DNA of 35,975 nt from Phoronis australis (lineage: Eukaryota > Animalia > Phoronida): NCBI GenBank assembly GCA_002633005.1, contig NMRA01000740.1:1-35975 (forward strand). The letters run 5' to 3'. This document shows, one piece after another, positions 1 to 11,923 of this stretch; the stretch's first letter is position 1; each line of letters opens with the position of its first letter. The position numbers were made by a program, and so were the translations under genes. The notes beneath the pieces were generated by a model. That model worked only from the letters and a program-made list of their open reading frames with translations. It did not search any database and was not told where the DNA came from.

Positions 1-800
1 AGTCACGTTAACACCGAACACGTTCTGTTGTTTCTATCTTCAATTTTACGGTTTGTCTGTGATGAAAACAAAAGAGCGTAACAATTGCGGTGGAGTAGTA
101 AACAGACGCCCTCTGTCGAAAAACAACTTCTAACATTGACTCACAGTTAAAAGTTTGGCATTTTATTGTTCCTTTCTCAGATGAGAACTTATTTGTGGGC
201 TTGAGAAGAAAGTATCAAGTCGTTACTGTTTCAGATCGGGAACACGTATCTGTTTGACAGGGCGCATATTATTGAGCTGCTAAGGTAATGTGCTCGTCAT
301 TGGTTTATTGTAAACAATTTCAAGGAAAACATAAGAACGCCATGCCCTTGCTTTTATCACACTTAACCAAGTCTCCGATCGTAGACTTAGACAACAGTAA
401 AAGACACAAAACTGAAATTGATGTATGCACACACTAATCTTGAAAATATCCGTTTTATTGGAGTTCATGTCAACTCTCGGGCAGACGAATAATTGCTAAG
501 TCTCCGATCAAAAGATTTTTTAGTGAACTTAAACACTCGTACGAAATGCAACGGTCAGATTTTGAACACTATATTACGCTTTTAGCGAACAATAATTATT
601 CATACATAGACGCATTAAGCACAATAGTCCTAAAAAGACTTAAACATCAAATTCAAGATGTGGCAATCTTCATTTAAATACTTCATTAATGAACGTTTCA
701 TGGATTTTGGAATTTTTAAATGGAAAACGTAGTCGATTGTGATGGGATATTTAGTGGTGTTGTCTCAGAAAAATACTCAAAATTGTAAACGTTTTCGTAC

Positions 801-974
801 CCGGGCAGTTTTTATTTGTATTACATGTGAGATTTTCTAAACTTTTCCCATGACAGGTGAGGCCTCCAAAAGCTGGCATGGGATTGTCGCACTTCCGTTC
901 TCGTGTAGTTTCACCAACCTCACACGTTACTGAGCAAGACCCCCACGGCGTCCAGCTGGACCATTTTCCATTGA
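801..974 (-). CDS. TSP1 exon, array copy 1 (174 nt, phase 1-1)
   Basis: ttttgttccag|TC AAT GGA ... TGC CCG G|gtacga; VNGKWSSWTPWGSCSVTCEVGETTRERKCDNPMPAFGGLTCHGKSLENLTCNTNKNCP, with WxxWxxW, CSVTC, RxRxC and 6 Cys. Confidence 0.93.
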
Positions 975-1912
975 CTGGAACAAAACTGCATTTCACTATC
1001 ATCCAACACGAAAACAATATGATAAGCTATTGTCACACTTTAAAATACTTTTCTAGCCAAATTAACCTCATCATTGATTTGCTCCCCATCAAGGCGCCAG
1101 ATATATTCACACAGTCACGTTAACACCGAACACGTTCTGTTGTTTCTATCTTCAATTTTACGGTTTGTCTGTGATGAAAACAAAAGAGAAAACAATTGCG
1201 GTGGAGTAGTAAACAGGCGCCCTCTGTCGAAAAACAACTTCTAACATTGACTCACAGTTAAAAGTTTGGCATTTTATTGTTCCTTTCTCAGATGAGAACT
1301 TATTTGTGGGCTTGAGAAGAAAGTATCAAGTCGTTATTGTTTCAGATCAGGAACACTTATCTGTTTGACACGGCGCATAATATTGAGCTGCTAAAGTAAT
1401 GCGTTCGTCATTTGCTTATTGTAAACAATTTCAAGGAAATCATAGGAACGCAATGCGCTTGCTTTTATCACACTTAACCAAGTCTCCGATCGTAGACTTA
1501 GACAACAGTAAAAGACATAAAACTGAAATTGATGTATACACACACTAATCGTGAAATTATCCGTTTTATTGTAGTTTATGTCAACTCTCGGGCAAAAGAA
1601 TAATTGTTGAGTCTCCGATCAAAAGATTTTTTAGTGAACTTAAACGTACGTACGAAATGGAACGGGACAGATTTTGAACACTATCTTACGAATTTAGCAA
1701 ACAATAACCATTCCTACGTAGACGTATTAAGCACAATGGTCCTACAGAGACTACAAACATGAAATTCAAGATGTGGCAATTTTCATTTCAGTATTTCATT
1801 AATAAACGAATGATGGATTTTGGATTTTTAAAAGGAAATCAGAGTCTATTGTGATAGGATATTTAGTGGTGGTGTCTCAGAAAATTACTACAAAGTGTAA
1901 ACGTTTTCGTAC

Positions 1913-2086
1913 CCGGGCAATTTTTATTTGTATTACATGTACGATTTTCTAAACTTTTTCCATGACAGGTGAGGCCTCCAAAAGCTGGCATGGGATTGTC
2001 GCACTTTCGTTCTCGTGTAGTTACGCCAACCTCACACGTTACTGAGCAAAACCCCCACGACGTCCAGCTTGACCATTTCCCATTGA
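1913..2086 (-). CDS. TSP1 exon, array copy 2
   Basis: AG/GT intact, frame open: VNGKWSSWTSWGFCSVTCEVGVTTRERKCDNPMPAFGGLTCHGKSLENRTCNTNKNCP. Confidence 0.93.
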
Positions 2087-3026
2087 CTGGAACAAAACTG
2101 CATTTCACTATCAGCCAACACGAAAACAATATGATAAGCTATTGTCACACTTTAAAATACTTTTTTAGCCAAATTAACCTCATCATTGATTTGCTCCCCA
2201 TCAAGGCGCCAGACATATTCACACAGTCGCGTTAACACCGACCACGTTCTGTTGTTTTTATCTTCAATTTTACGGTTTGTCTGTAATGAAAACTAAAAAG
2301 CGTAATTATTGCGGTGGAGTAGTAAACCGGCGTCCTCTGTCGAAAAACAACGTCTGACCTTGACTCACAGATAAAACTTAGGCATTTTCTTGGTCCTTTC
2401 TCAGATGAGAACTTATTTGTGGGCTTGAGAAGAAAGTATCAGGTCGTTATTGTTTCAGATCAGGAACACTTATCTGTTTGGCACAGTGCATAATACTGAG
2501 TTGCGATAGTAATGTGTTCGTCATTGGCTTATTGTAAACAATTTCAAGGAAAACATATGAATGCGATGCCCTTGCTTTTGTCACCCTTAACCCGCTCTCC
2601 GATTGTAGACTTAAATAACAGTAAAAGACATAAAACTGAAATTGATGTATACACACAACAATCTTGAAATCATTCGTTTTATTGTAGGCTATGCCAACTC
2701 TCGGGAAGACGAATAATGGTTTAGTCTCCAATCAAAAGATTTTTTAGTGAACTTAAACGTTCGAACGAAATGGAACGGGACAGATTTTGAACACTATCTT
2801 ACGAATTTAGCAAACAATAAACATTCCTACGTAGACGTATTAAGCACAATGGTCCTACAGAGACTACAAACATCAAATTCAAGATGTGGCAGTTTTCATT
2901 TCAGTATTTCATTAATGAACGAATGATGGATTTTGGATTTTTTAAAAGGAAACCAGAGTCTCTTGTGATAGGATATTTAGTGGTGGTGTCTCAGAAAATT
3001 ACTACAAAGTGTAAACGTTTTCGTAC

Positions 3027-3200
3027 CCAGGCAATTTTTATTTGTATTACATGTGCGATTTTCTAAACTTTTTCCTTGACAAGTGAGGCCTCCAAAAGCT
3101 GGCATGGGATTGTCGCACTTCTGTTCTCGTGTAGTTTCACCAACCTCACACGTTACTGAGCAAGACCCCCACGGCGTCCAGCTGGACCATTTCCCATTGA
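3027..3200 (-). CDS. TSP1 exon, array copy 3
   Basis: AG/GT intact, frame open: VNGKWSSWTPWGSCSVTCEVGETTREQKCDNPMPAFGGLTCQGKSLENRTCNTNKNCL. Confidence 0.92.
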
Positions 3201-4143
3201 CTGGAATAAAATTGCATTTCATTACATGTATCAGCCAACACGAAAACAATGTGAAAAGCAATTGTCACATTTAAGGTACGTTTTCAACCAGAGTAACCTC
3301 ATCATTGATTTGCTCCCCATCAAGGCGCCAGATATATTCACACAGTCACATTAACACCGAACACGTTTTGTTGTTTCTATCTTCAATTTTACGGTTTGTC
3401 TGTGATGAGAACAAAAGAGCGTAACTATTGCGGTGGAGTAGTAAACAGGCGCCCTCTGTCGAAAAACAACTTCTAACTTTGACTCAGAGTTAAAAGTTTG
3501 GCATTTTATTGTTCCTTTCTCAGATGAGAACTTATTTGTGGGCTTGAGAAGAACGTATCAAGTCGTTATTGTTTCAGATCGGGAACACGTATCTGTTTGA
3601 CAATGCGCATAATATTGAGCTGCTAAGGTAATGTGTTCGTCATTGGTTTATTCTAAACAATTTCAAGGAAAACATAAGAACGCCATGCCCTTGCTTTTAT
3701 CACACTTAACCAAGTCTCCGATCGTAGACTTAGACAACAGTAAAAGACACAAAACTGAAATTGATGTATACACACACTAATCTTGAAAATATCCGTTTTA
3801 CTGGAGTTTATGTCAACTTTCGGGCAGACGAATAATTGTTAAGTCTCCGATCAAAAGATTTTTTAGTGAACTTAAACATTCGTACGAAATGCAGCGGTCA
3901 GATTTTGAACACTATATTACGCTTTTAGCGAACAATAATTATTCATACATAGACGTATTAAGCACAATAGTCCTAAAAAGACTTAAACATCAAATTCAAG
4001 ATGTGGCAATCTTCATTTAAATGCTTCATTAATGAACGATTCATGGATTTTGGAATTTTTAAATGGAAAATGTAGTCGATTGTGATGGGATATTTAGTGG
4101 TGTTCTCTCAGAAAAATACTCAAAATTGTAAACGTTTTCGTAC

Positions 4144-4317
4144 CCGGGCAGTTTTTATTTGTATTACATGTGCGATTTTCTAAACTTTTTCCATGACAGG
4201 TGAGGCCTCCAAAAGCTGGCATGGGATTGTCGCACTTCCGTTCTCGTGTAGTTTCACCAACCTCACACGTTACTGAGCAAGACCCCCACGGCGTCCAGCT
4301 GGACCATTTCCCATTGA
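4144..4317 (-). CDS. TSP1 exon, array copy 4
   Basis: AG/GT intact, frame open: VNGKWSSWTPWGSCSVTCEVGETTRERKCDNPMPAFGGLTCHGKSLENRTCNTNKNCP. Confidence 0.93.
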
Positions 4318-5195
4318 CTGGAACAAAACTGCATTTCAGTATCAGCCAACACGAAAACAATGTGATAAGCAATTGTCACATTTTAAGGTACGTTTTTAAC
4401 CAGAGTAACCTCATCACTGCTTTGCTCCCCATCAAGGCGCCAGACATATTCACACAGTCACGTTAACACCGACCACGTTCTATTGTTTCTATCTTCAATT
4501 TTACGGTTTGTCTGTGATGAAAACTAAAAAAGCGAAATTATTGCGGTGGAGTAGTAAATCGGCGTCCTCTGACGAAAAACAACGTCTGACCTTGACTCAC
4601 AGATAAAACTTAGGCATTTTCTTGTTCCTTTCTCAGATGAGAACTTATTTGTGGGCTTGAGAAGAAAGTATCAAGCCGTTATTATTTCAGATCAGGAACA
4701 CTTATCTGTTTCGCACGGTGCATAATACTGAGTTGCGATGGTAATGTGTTCGTCATTGGTTTATTGTAACAATTTCAAGGAAAGACATATGAATGCGATG
4801 CCCTTGCTTTTGTCACACTTAACCAACTCTCCGATCGTAGACTTAGACAACAGTGAAAGACATCAATCTGAAACTGATGTATACACGCACCATTCTTGAA
4901 GTAATCGGTTTTACTGTAGGCTTTGTCAACTCTCTGGAAGACGAATGATGGTTTGGTTTCCGATCAAAAGATTGTTTAGTGAACTTAAACGTTCGAACGA
5001 AATGGAACGAGTCAGATCTTGAACACTATCTTACGATTTTAGCGAACAATAAACATTCATACGTAAACGTATTAAAGGCGAAGACAACATTTTTCCATGT
5101 CATTTTGAGCTAAAATAAGGTTGGTTGGTTATCCTAGACATATTTTTCACTTAATTACAGCTTTTCGTAATTTTATTAATTATTCGTCCGCTTTT

Positions 5196-5208
5196 CCGGA
5201 AGTGACGT
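5196..5208 (+). promoter_or_regulatory. ETS-CRE composite motif CCGGAAGTGACGT in the left TIR (mirrored at 6884-6896 in the right TIR)
   Basis: Exact motif read from the sequence, about 130 bp upstream of the transposase ATG and about 200 bp upstream of the KolX-like ATG. Promoter function is inferred. Confidence 0.45.
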
Positions 5209-5340
5209 TTTAGGAGGCAAGCGCTTCCCTCCAATTTCTTTTCACATAGACTGACTGTGAGAGCTGCCGAGTCAGTCATTGTTCTACCTCGGTTGTGTTA
5301 AGTTCCGTCGTCGTTCGCTTTCATTTACTAGTCAGTCAAC

Positions 5341-6412
5341 ATGCCACACTGTTGCTGCGTACCGGGATGTAGTAATTATCGGCTCACATGCGCTTTGGGA
5401 GTGCCTTTGCATCGCTTTCCGATGGATGACACACTTCGCCGTACTTGGCTCGTTCGTGTGAAGAACGCAGCGTTACCCGTCCACGCAACGTACAAAGCAG
5501 TGGAGAATTACCGTGTGTGTGGCAAGCACTTTCTGCCGTCCGATTACGAAAGGGATTTGTACGCTGAACTGATGAAGGTCCCCGCGAAACAACGCTTGAA
5601 GAAGGATGCCATTCCGTCTGTGTTGATTCCAGGCAGTGCCCCGTCGCCACCCCCGAGAAGTGCGTTTTTGAAGCGAGAAGCCTCGCGAGCTGTGGCCAGT
5701 ACAGTGACTGGAGCCAGTGGAGGCACTTCATCTACTGTCACCCGTTCCTCCGAACGTACCCCAGAGCGTGCAATTCCTGGAACCAGTAGTGATTCGCCCT
5801 GTGCTGTTTTCTCCAGCCCAGAGCCTCTAAGCAGCCCTGCAGCGATATTGAGTAGTGGGAGTGATTACAGGCCCAGTTCGACACCCAGTGAAGAGGACAG
5901 TTCGTCGTCCAGTGAACAGATCGGTGAGCCAAACTTTGATAAGTTTATTGTGGACTTGTCTAAAGTGTTGGAGCTATTTAGAAGGTGCCAGGTGTGTGGC
6001 GAGGGAGTCACACGACACAATGTAAGCAGTTTGGGTGCTCAGGTCACCATCCAGTGGGAGTGTGTCACGGGACACTCTGGCAAGTGGGACAGTTGTTCCT
6101 CTGTCCGTGGTATGCCGGAGGTCCACTTAACCATGTCCAGTGGTGTGCTCTTCACTGGAAACACGTTTCAGTCGGTGAAGACAATGATGGACTTTGGAAA
6201 AGTCAAGTTTTTTTTCGAAAACAACATTCAACAACATTCAGAATTCCTATTTAATACCAGTTGTCAATGACGCATACATGTCACAACATCTCGAGTTGGT
6301 GGCGGAATTCATGGAGAAGGAGAACTTGTCTGACTCACCAGGGCGGTCCGCCAAGTATACCACATACACTCTAATGGAGGAAGAGACCAAAAAGATAATT
6401 GATGTGGAACTC
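5341..6412 (+). pseudogene. Truncated THAP-domain (Kolobok-type) transposase
   Basis: N-terminal C2CH THAP (CCVPGC...HRFP...W...VCGKHF...LKKDAIPS), a Ser/Pro linker and a CQVC...WECVTGH zinc motif. A +1 frameshift in the T8 run at 6208-6215 continues into SKTTFNNIQ...SDSPGRSAKYTTYTLM...IIDVEL, which resembles the (GDGR)xDSPGxxAKY motif with GDGR missing. The rest of the catalytic domain is absent. Confidence 0.85.
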
Positions 6413-6682
6413 GGAACAGCACAAGCATTCAATTGAGGTAGGCATAACAACGCACACAGTGCATTTGCACCAAGATGTGTCACCACGTCTGTCTTCAGTA
6501 GCCGCCTCGTTTCTCTCAACAGCTGCCTGTGCCTGTGTGTACTCTGCCTCGTTGTACTCGGGCTCAAACATGTACCCACCCACTGAATGTCCGTGAAAAA
6601 ATTCCTCGTCACCACTGCTGTGAACAAGGTCTCCGTCACTCACACTACTGTCACTGTGATACGGGTCACCGACTCCAGCCAT
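6407..6682 (-). pseudogene. KolX-like second ORF, 3'-truncated; Cys-rich motif resembling the P2X7 cytoplasmic ballast domain
   Basis: aaaATGgct start at 6682; acidic N-terminus, YMFEPE, then WCKCTVCVVMPTSIECLCCSE (WCxCxxCxxMPTxxExxCCxE). It is convergent with the transposase and cut where the two meet. Confidence 0.75.
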
Positions 6683-7203
6683 TTTCAGCTTACAACACAC
6701 TAAACAATCCCTAAATCCAACGCAGTTGAGTTCTCTACTAACCTATCTTGCCGCAGAATACTCGCCGATGGAAAGTGGTGGCGACAATTGGTGAAAAATA
6801 GCACAAAACAAAAGTAGAATAGAACAGATTCGCACAGTAAGCTCAACGCAAAACCAAGTGGCGGGAAGCGCTTGCCTCCTAAAACGTCACTTCCGGAAAA
6901 GCGGACGAGTAATTAATAAAATTACGAAAAGCTGTAATTAAGTGAAAAATATGTCTAGGATAACCAACCAACCTTATTTTAGCTCAAAATGACATGGAAA
7001 AAGATTGCCTTCGCCTTTAAGCACATTGGTCCTACAGAGACTACAAACATCAAATTCAATATGCGGCAGTTTTCATTTCAGTATTTCATTAATAAACAAA
7101 TGATGGATTTTGGATTTTTTAAAAGGAAATCAGAGTCTCTCGTGATAGGATATTTAGTGGTGGTGTCTCAGAAAATTACTACAATGTGTAAACGTTTTCG
7201 TAC

Positions 7204-7377
7204 CCGGGCAATTTTTATTTGTATTACATGTGAGATTTTCTAAGCTTTTTCCTTGACAAGTGAGGCCTCCAAAAGCTGGCATGGGATTGTTGCACTTTCG
7301 TTCTCGTGTAGTTACGCCAACCTCACACGTTACTGAACAAGACTCCCACGACGTCCAGCTTGACCATTTCCCATTGA
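7204..7377 (-). CDS. TSP1 exon, array copy 5
   Basis: Not in the ORF track; translated by hand as open: VNGKWSSWTSWESCSVTCEVGVTTRERKCNNPMPAFGGLTCQGKSLENLTCNTNKNCP. AG/GT intact. Confidence 0.92.
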
Positions 7378-8312
7378 CTGGAATAAAATTTCATTTCAGT
7401 ATCAGCCAACACGACAACATTGTGATAAGCAATTGTCACATTTTAAGGTACGTTTTTAAACAGAGTAACCTCATCATTGATTTGCTCCTCATCAAGGCGC
7501 CAGATATATTCACACAGTCACGTTAACACCGAACACGTTCTGTTGTTTCTATCTTCAATTTTACGGTTTGTCTGTGATGAAAACTAAAAAGCGTAATTAT
7601 TGCGGTGGATTATTAAACCGGCGCCCTCTGTCGAAAAACAACTTCTAACTTTGACCCACAGTTAAAAGTTTGGCATTTTATTGTTCCTTTGTCAGATGAG
7701 AACTTATTTGTGAGCTTAAGAAGAAAGTATCAGGTCGTTATTGTTTCAGATCAGGAACACGTATCTGTTTGACACGGCGCATAATATTGAGCTGCTAAAG
7801 TAATGCGTTCGTCATTGGCTTATTGTAAACAATTTCAAGGAAATCATAGGAACGCAATGCGCTTGCTTTTATCACACTTAACCAAGTCTCCGATCGTAGA
7901 CTTAGACAACAGTAAAAGACATAAAACTGAAATTGATGTATACACACACTAATCGTGAAATTATCCGTTTTATTGTAGTTTATGTCAACTCTCGGGCAAA
8001 AGAATAATTGTTGAGTCTCCGATCAAAAGATTTTTTAGTGAACTTAAACGTACGTACGAAATGCAACGGGTCAGATTTTGAACACTATATTACGATTTTA
8101 GCGAACAATAAACATTCATACAGAGACGTATTAAGCACAATAGTCCTAAAAACACTTCAAACATCAAATTCAAGTTGTGGCAATTTTTATTTCACTACTT
8201 CATTAATGAACGAATCATGGATTTTGGAATTTTTAAAAGAAAATAAGACTAGATTGTGATATTTAGTGGTGTTTTCTCACAAAAATACTCCAATCTGTAA
8301 GCGTTTTCATAC

Positions 8313-8486
8313 CCGGGCAATTTTTATTTGTATTACATGTGCGATTTTCTAAGTTTTTTCCATGACAATTGAGGCCTCCAAAAGCTGGCATGGGATTGTT
8401 GCACTTTCGTTCTCGTGTACTTTCACCAACCTCACACGTTACTGAGCAAGACCCCCACGACTTCCAGCTTGACCATTTCCCATTGA
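8313..8486 (-). CDS. TSP1 exon, array copy 6
   Basis: ccag| acceptor and G|gtatga donor; VNGKWSSWKSWGSCSVTCEVGESTRERKCNNPMPAFGGLNCHGKNLENRTCNTNKNCP. Confidence 0.9.
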
Positions 8487-8516
8487 CTGGAACAAAACTG
8501 CGTTTCAGTATCAGCC

Positions 8517-9738
8517 AACAAGAAAATGAAAGCGCTCCGAGGAGCGAAACTTGGCGAAAATAACCTAAAAGATGACGATAAAGATGATGACGAAGATGAC
8601 GAATGTGACGACGATGGTAGCGAGGATGAACAAAAGAAGTAATAATAACATACACATGACGAACGTAGAAGTCCGAAATCAGTAAGAAAAAGGCTATAGT
8701 CTTGAGCGACACTTCGCGAAATTAACGGAAAAGACAACGACGAGATAATGACGAAGATGATGACAATGATGACGAATATGATTATGGTAGTGGCGATGAT
8801 GAACAACATCACAACATTCATATGACTATCTTAGATGTCATAAATCAATAAGAAATAGTCTACAGTCTAGTTCAATAGAAGATAAACCAACATCAATGCA
8901 GCAAGAGCGCTCAACAAAGGAACAGCGTTATCAGAAAATCTCAAATAACTCAAAAAGTGGAGGTCCTAGCGAAAAATGGAAAACATCTTCTGAAAGTCCG
9001 TTCAAAACTGATGGTATCGCCTAACTCCGTAAATGTTTCGAAACAATGAAATTTTGCGTTTTTTTTAAGAAATTCAAAGTCAAATAACTCAAAAACGCTA
9101 AGTCTGAAAAAAATTGTTACAGGCCATTTGAAAGAATATACTTCAAAGAATCCACACGCAAAAAATCACGTCTTTTTCTCTTCCCGTTTAAAATCGCACT
9201 CCAGCACGACTGAAAATGGATCAACATGCGCCAGATCTGTCATCTTGAAAGCAACTTCCGGTTTTTTGGCTTTGTATAATAGCATGTCATTAGAAACTAA
9301 TACCTGTAAAAATTCGAAGGAATTGGTCTGATAATGCGCCCTCTACAGGAGAAAACGTTTTCAGGCCAAAATCTAGGTGCGCATGCGAGATCGCTGATAT
9401 TTCCGCTATCTTTAACTGGAAGTATACAATTTCCGGTTTACTTGTAGCAAACTTCCGTTCCATTTACTGTGCCGATTCTTAGCCTTTTACGTAAGCAATT
9501 GTAGCCTCCAGAAGCATTTGAACCTTTAAATGAAAACAAAATGGCCGCCACAGCCGCCATCTTGGATCCGATTTTGACGAAAAACACTAGGCTTTTAGTA
9601 CTTTCGGAACTACGTGTTATGTGTAAATTTCGTGATGATCGGACAAAAATTGCGACCTGTATCGTGCGAACAAACAAAAAAACAAGTAACAAACTTAGTG
9701 ACAGAGCAACATACTTGGCGAAATTTATTTCGCCAAGT
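8517..9738. mobile_element. Non-autonomous Helentron/HINE-like insertion (~1.2 kb)
   Basis: Interrupts the unit consensus cagccaacacgaaaacaatgtg and has no clear TSD. Subterminal acttggcgaaa (8549-8559) is inverted relative to the terminal 12-bp-stem hairpin acttggcgaaat-tt-atttcgccaagt (9713-9738). Also contains a small hairpin cgctcc-ga-ggagcg, a (GAT/GAC)n tract at about 8570-8820 and a caaa-type tract near 9670. Confidence 0.7.
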
Positions 9739-10612
9739 AACAATGTGATAAGCAATTGTCATATTTTAAGGTACGTTTTTAACCAGAGTAACCTCATTAT
9801 TGATTTGCCTCCCATCTAGGCGCCAGACATATTCAAACAGTCACGTTAACACCGACCACGTTCTGTTGTTTCTATCTCCAATTTTACCCTTTGTCTTTGA
9901 TGAAAACTAAAAAAGCGTAATTATTGCGGCGCCCTCTGTAGAAAAACAACGTCTCACTTTGACTCACAGTTAAAACTTTGGCATTTTATTGTTCCTTTCT
10001 TAGATGAGAACTTATTTGTGGTCTTGAGAAGAAAGTATCACGTCGTTATTGTTTCAGATCAGGAACACTTATCTGTTTGGCACAGTGCATAGTACTGAGT
10101 TGCGATCGAAATGTGTTCGTCATTGGTTTATTGTAAACAATTTCAAGGAAAACATAAAAATGCGATGCCATTGCTTTTGTCACACTTAACCAACTCTCCG
10201 ATCGTAGACTTAGACAACAGTGAAAGACATAAAACTGAAATTGATGTATGCACACACCAATCTTGAAATTATTCTTTTTTTTGTAGACTATGTCAACTCT
10301 CGAGCAGACGAGTCTCCTATCAAAAGATATTTTGTGAACTTAAACGTTCGTACGAAATGCAATGGGTTAGATTTTGAATACTATATTGCGATTTTAGCGA
10401 ACAATAAACATTCATACATAGACGTATCAAGCACAATAGTCCTAAAAAGACTAGAAACATCAAATTCAAAATGTGGCAGTTTTCATTTCGCTACTTATTA
10501 ATGAACTATTCATGGATTTTGGAATTTTTATATGAAAATCGGAGTCGATTGTGATGGGATATTTAGTGGTGTTGTCTCAGAAAAATACTCCAAATTGTGA
10601 AAGATTTCCTAC

Positions 10613-10786
10613 CCGGACACTTTTTATTTGTATTACATGTGCGATTTTCTAAACTTTTTCCATGACAAGTGAGGCCTCCAAAAGCTGGCATGGGATTGTC
10701 GCACTTTCGTTCTCGTGTAGTTTCACCAACCTCACACGTTACTGAACAAGACCCCCACGACGTCCAACTTGACCATTTCCCATTGA
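10613..10786 (-). CDS. TSP1 exon, array copy 7
   Basis: Translated by hand as open: VNGKWSSWTSWGSCSVTCEVGETTRERKCDNPMPAFGGLTCHGKSLENRTCNTNKKCP. Donor G|gtagga. Confidence 0.92.
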
Positions 10787-11749
10787 CTGGAACAAAGTTG
10801 CATTTCAGTATCAGTCAAAGCGAGAACAGCGTGATAGGCAATTACCACGGTTAAAGTTACGTTTTTTACGAGTCACCTAATAATTGCTTTGCTTCTCATC
10901 AAAGCGCCAGTCATTTTCGCAACACAGTCATTCCAGGTCACACATACACACATGTTAACACCCACCACATGCTGTTATTTTTATCTTCAGTTTAACGTTG
11001 TGGCGTTGATGAAAACTAAATAATCGCAATTAATGCAGTGGAGTAATAAATCGGCGCCTTCTGTCAAAAAACAACTTTCAATTGACTTTTACTCACAGTT
11101 AAAACTTTGGCATTTTATTGTTCTTTTCTGAGATGAGAACTTATTTGTGGGTTTGAGAAGAAAGTATCAGGTCGCTATTGTTTCGGATTAGGAACACGTG
11201 TCTGTTTGGCACGGTGCATAATGTTCAGTTTCAAAGATAATGCATACGTCAGTGGTTCATTTTAGGCAATTCTAAAGTGATAATAAGAGTGCGGTGCCCT
11301 TGCTTTTTTCTGGGTTAAGCAACTCTGCGATCGATGACACAGACAACAGTAAAAGACATTAATCTGACATTGATGTATACACACACAAATCTTGAAATTA
11401 TCTGTTTTATTGTAGGTTATGGCAACTCTAAGGCAGACGAATAATGCTTTAATTTCCCATCACAAGATCATTTAATGAACTTAGACGTTCGTTAGAAATG
11501 TATCAGGTCACATTTTGGTCATTATATTTCGGTTTTAGTGAACAAAAACATTCATACGTAGACATATTAAGCGTAATGGTCCTACAAAGACAACATCAAC
11601 TCAAAGATATGGCAGTCATCATTTCACTACTCCATAAATAAACGAATCATGGATTTTGGAATTTTTAAAAGAAAATCAGACTCGATTGTGATAGGATATT
11701 TAGTGGTGGTTTCTCACAAAAATTCTCCGAACTGTAAACGTTTTCGTAC

Positions 11750-11923
11750 CCGGGCAATTTTTATTTGTATTACATGTACGATTTTCTAAACATTTTCCAT
11801 GACAGGTGAGGCCTCCAAAAGCTGGCATGGGATTGTCGCACTTTCGTTCTCGTGTAGTTACGCCAACCTCACACGTTACTGAGCAAGACCCCCACGACGT
11901 CCATCTTGACCATTTCCCATTGA
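11750..11923 (-). CDS. TSP1 exon, array copy 8
   Basis: VNGKWSRWTSWGSCSVTCEVGVTTRERKCDNPMPAFGGLTCHGKCLENRTCNTNKNCP; AG/GT intact. Confidence 0.92.

Larger units (their letters stand above)
5076..7016 (+). mobile_element. Kolobok-superfamily DNA transposon, internally deleted (1941 bp)
   Basis: TTAA at 5072-5075 and 7017-7020, where sister units carry a single gtaTTAAgcac site. TIRs are 154 bp (5076-5229 and 6863-7016, about 4 mismatches) with AGG...CCT termini. A THAP transposase and a convergent second ORF lie inside. TTAA TSD, RR termini, THAP transposase and a convergent KolX gene together match the Kolobok pattern. Confidence 0.9.

Noticed and set aside
5076-7016. piggyBac (TTAA TSD) or P element (THAP) classification, or a domesticated THAP gene
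   Set aside because: Termini are AGG..CCT rather than CCC..GGG, the TSD is 4 bp rather than 8, and the DSPG..AKY motif plus a convergent Cys-rich ORF fit Kolobok. Intact TIRs and truncation argue against domestication.
8263-8821. His-rich or hydrophobic, signal-peptide-like ORFs extending TSP1 copy 6
   Set aside because: Translation of the (GAT/GAC)n tract inside the inserted element.
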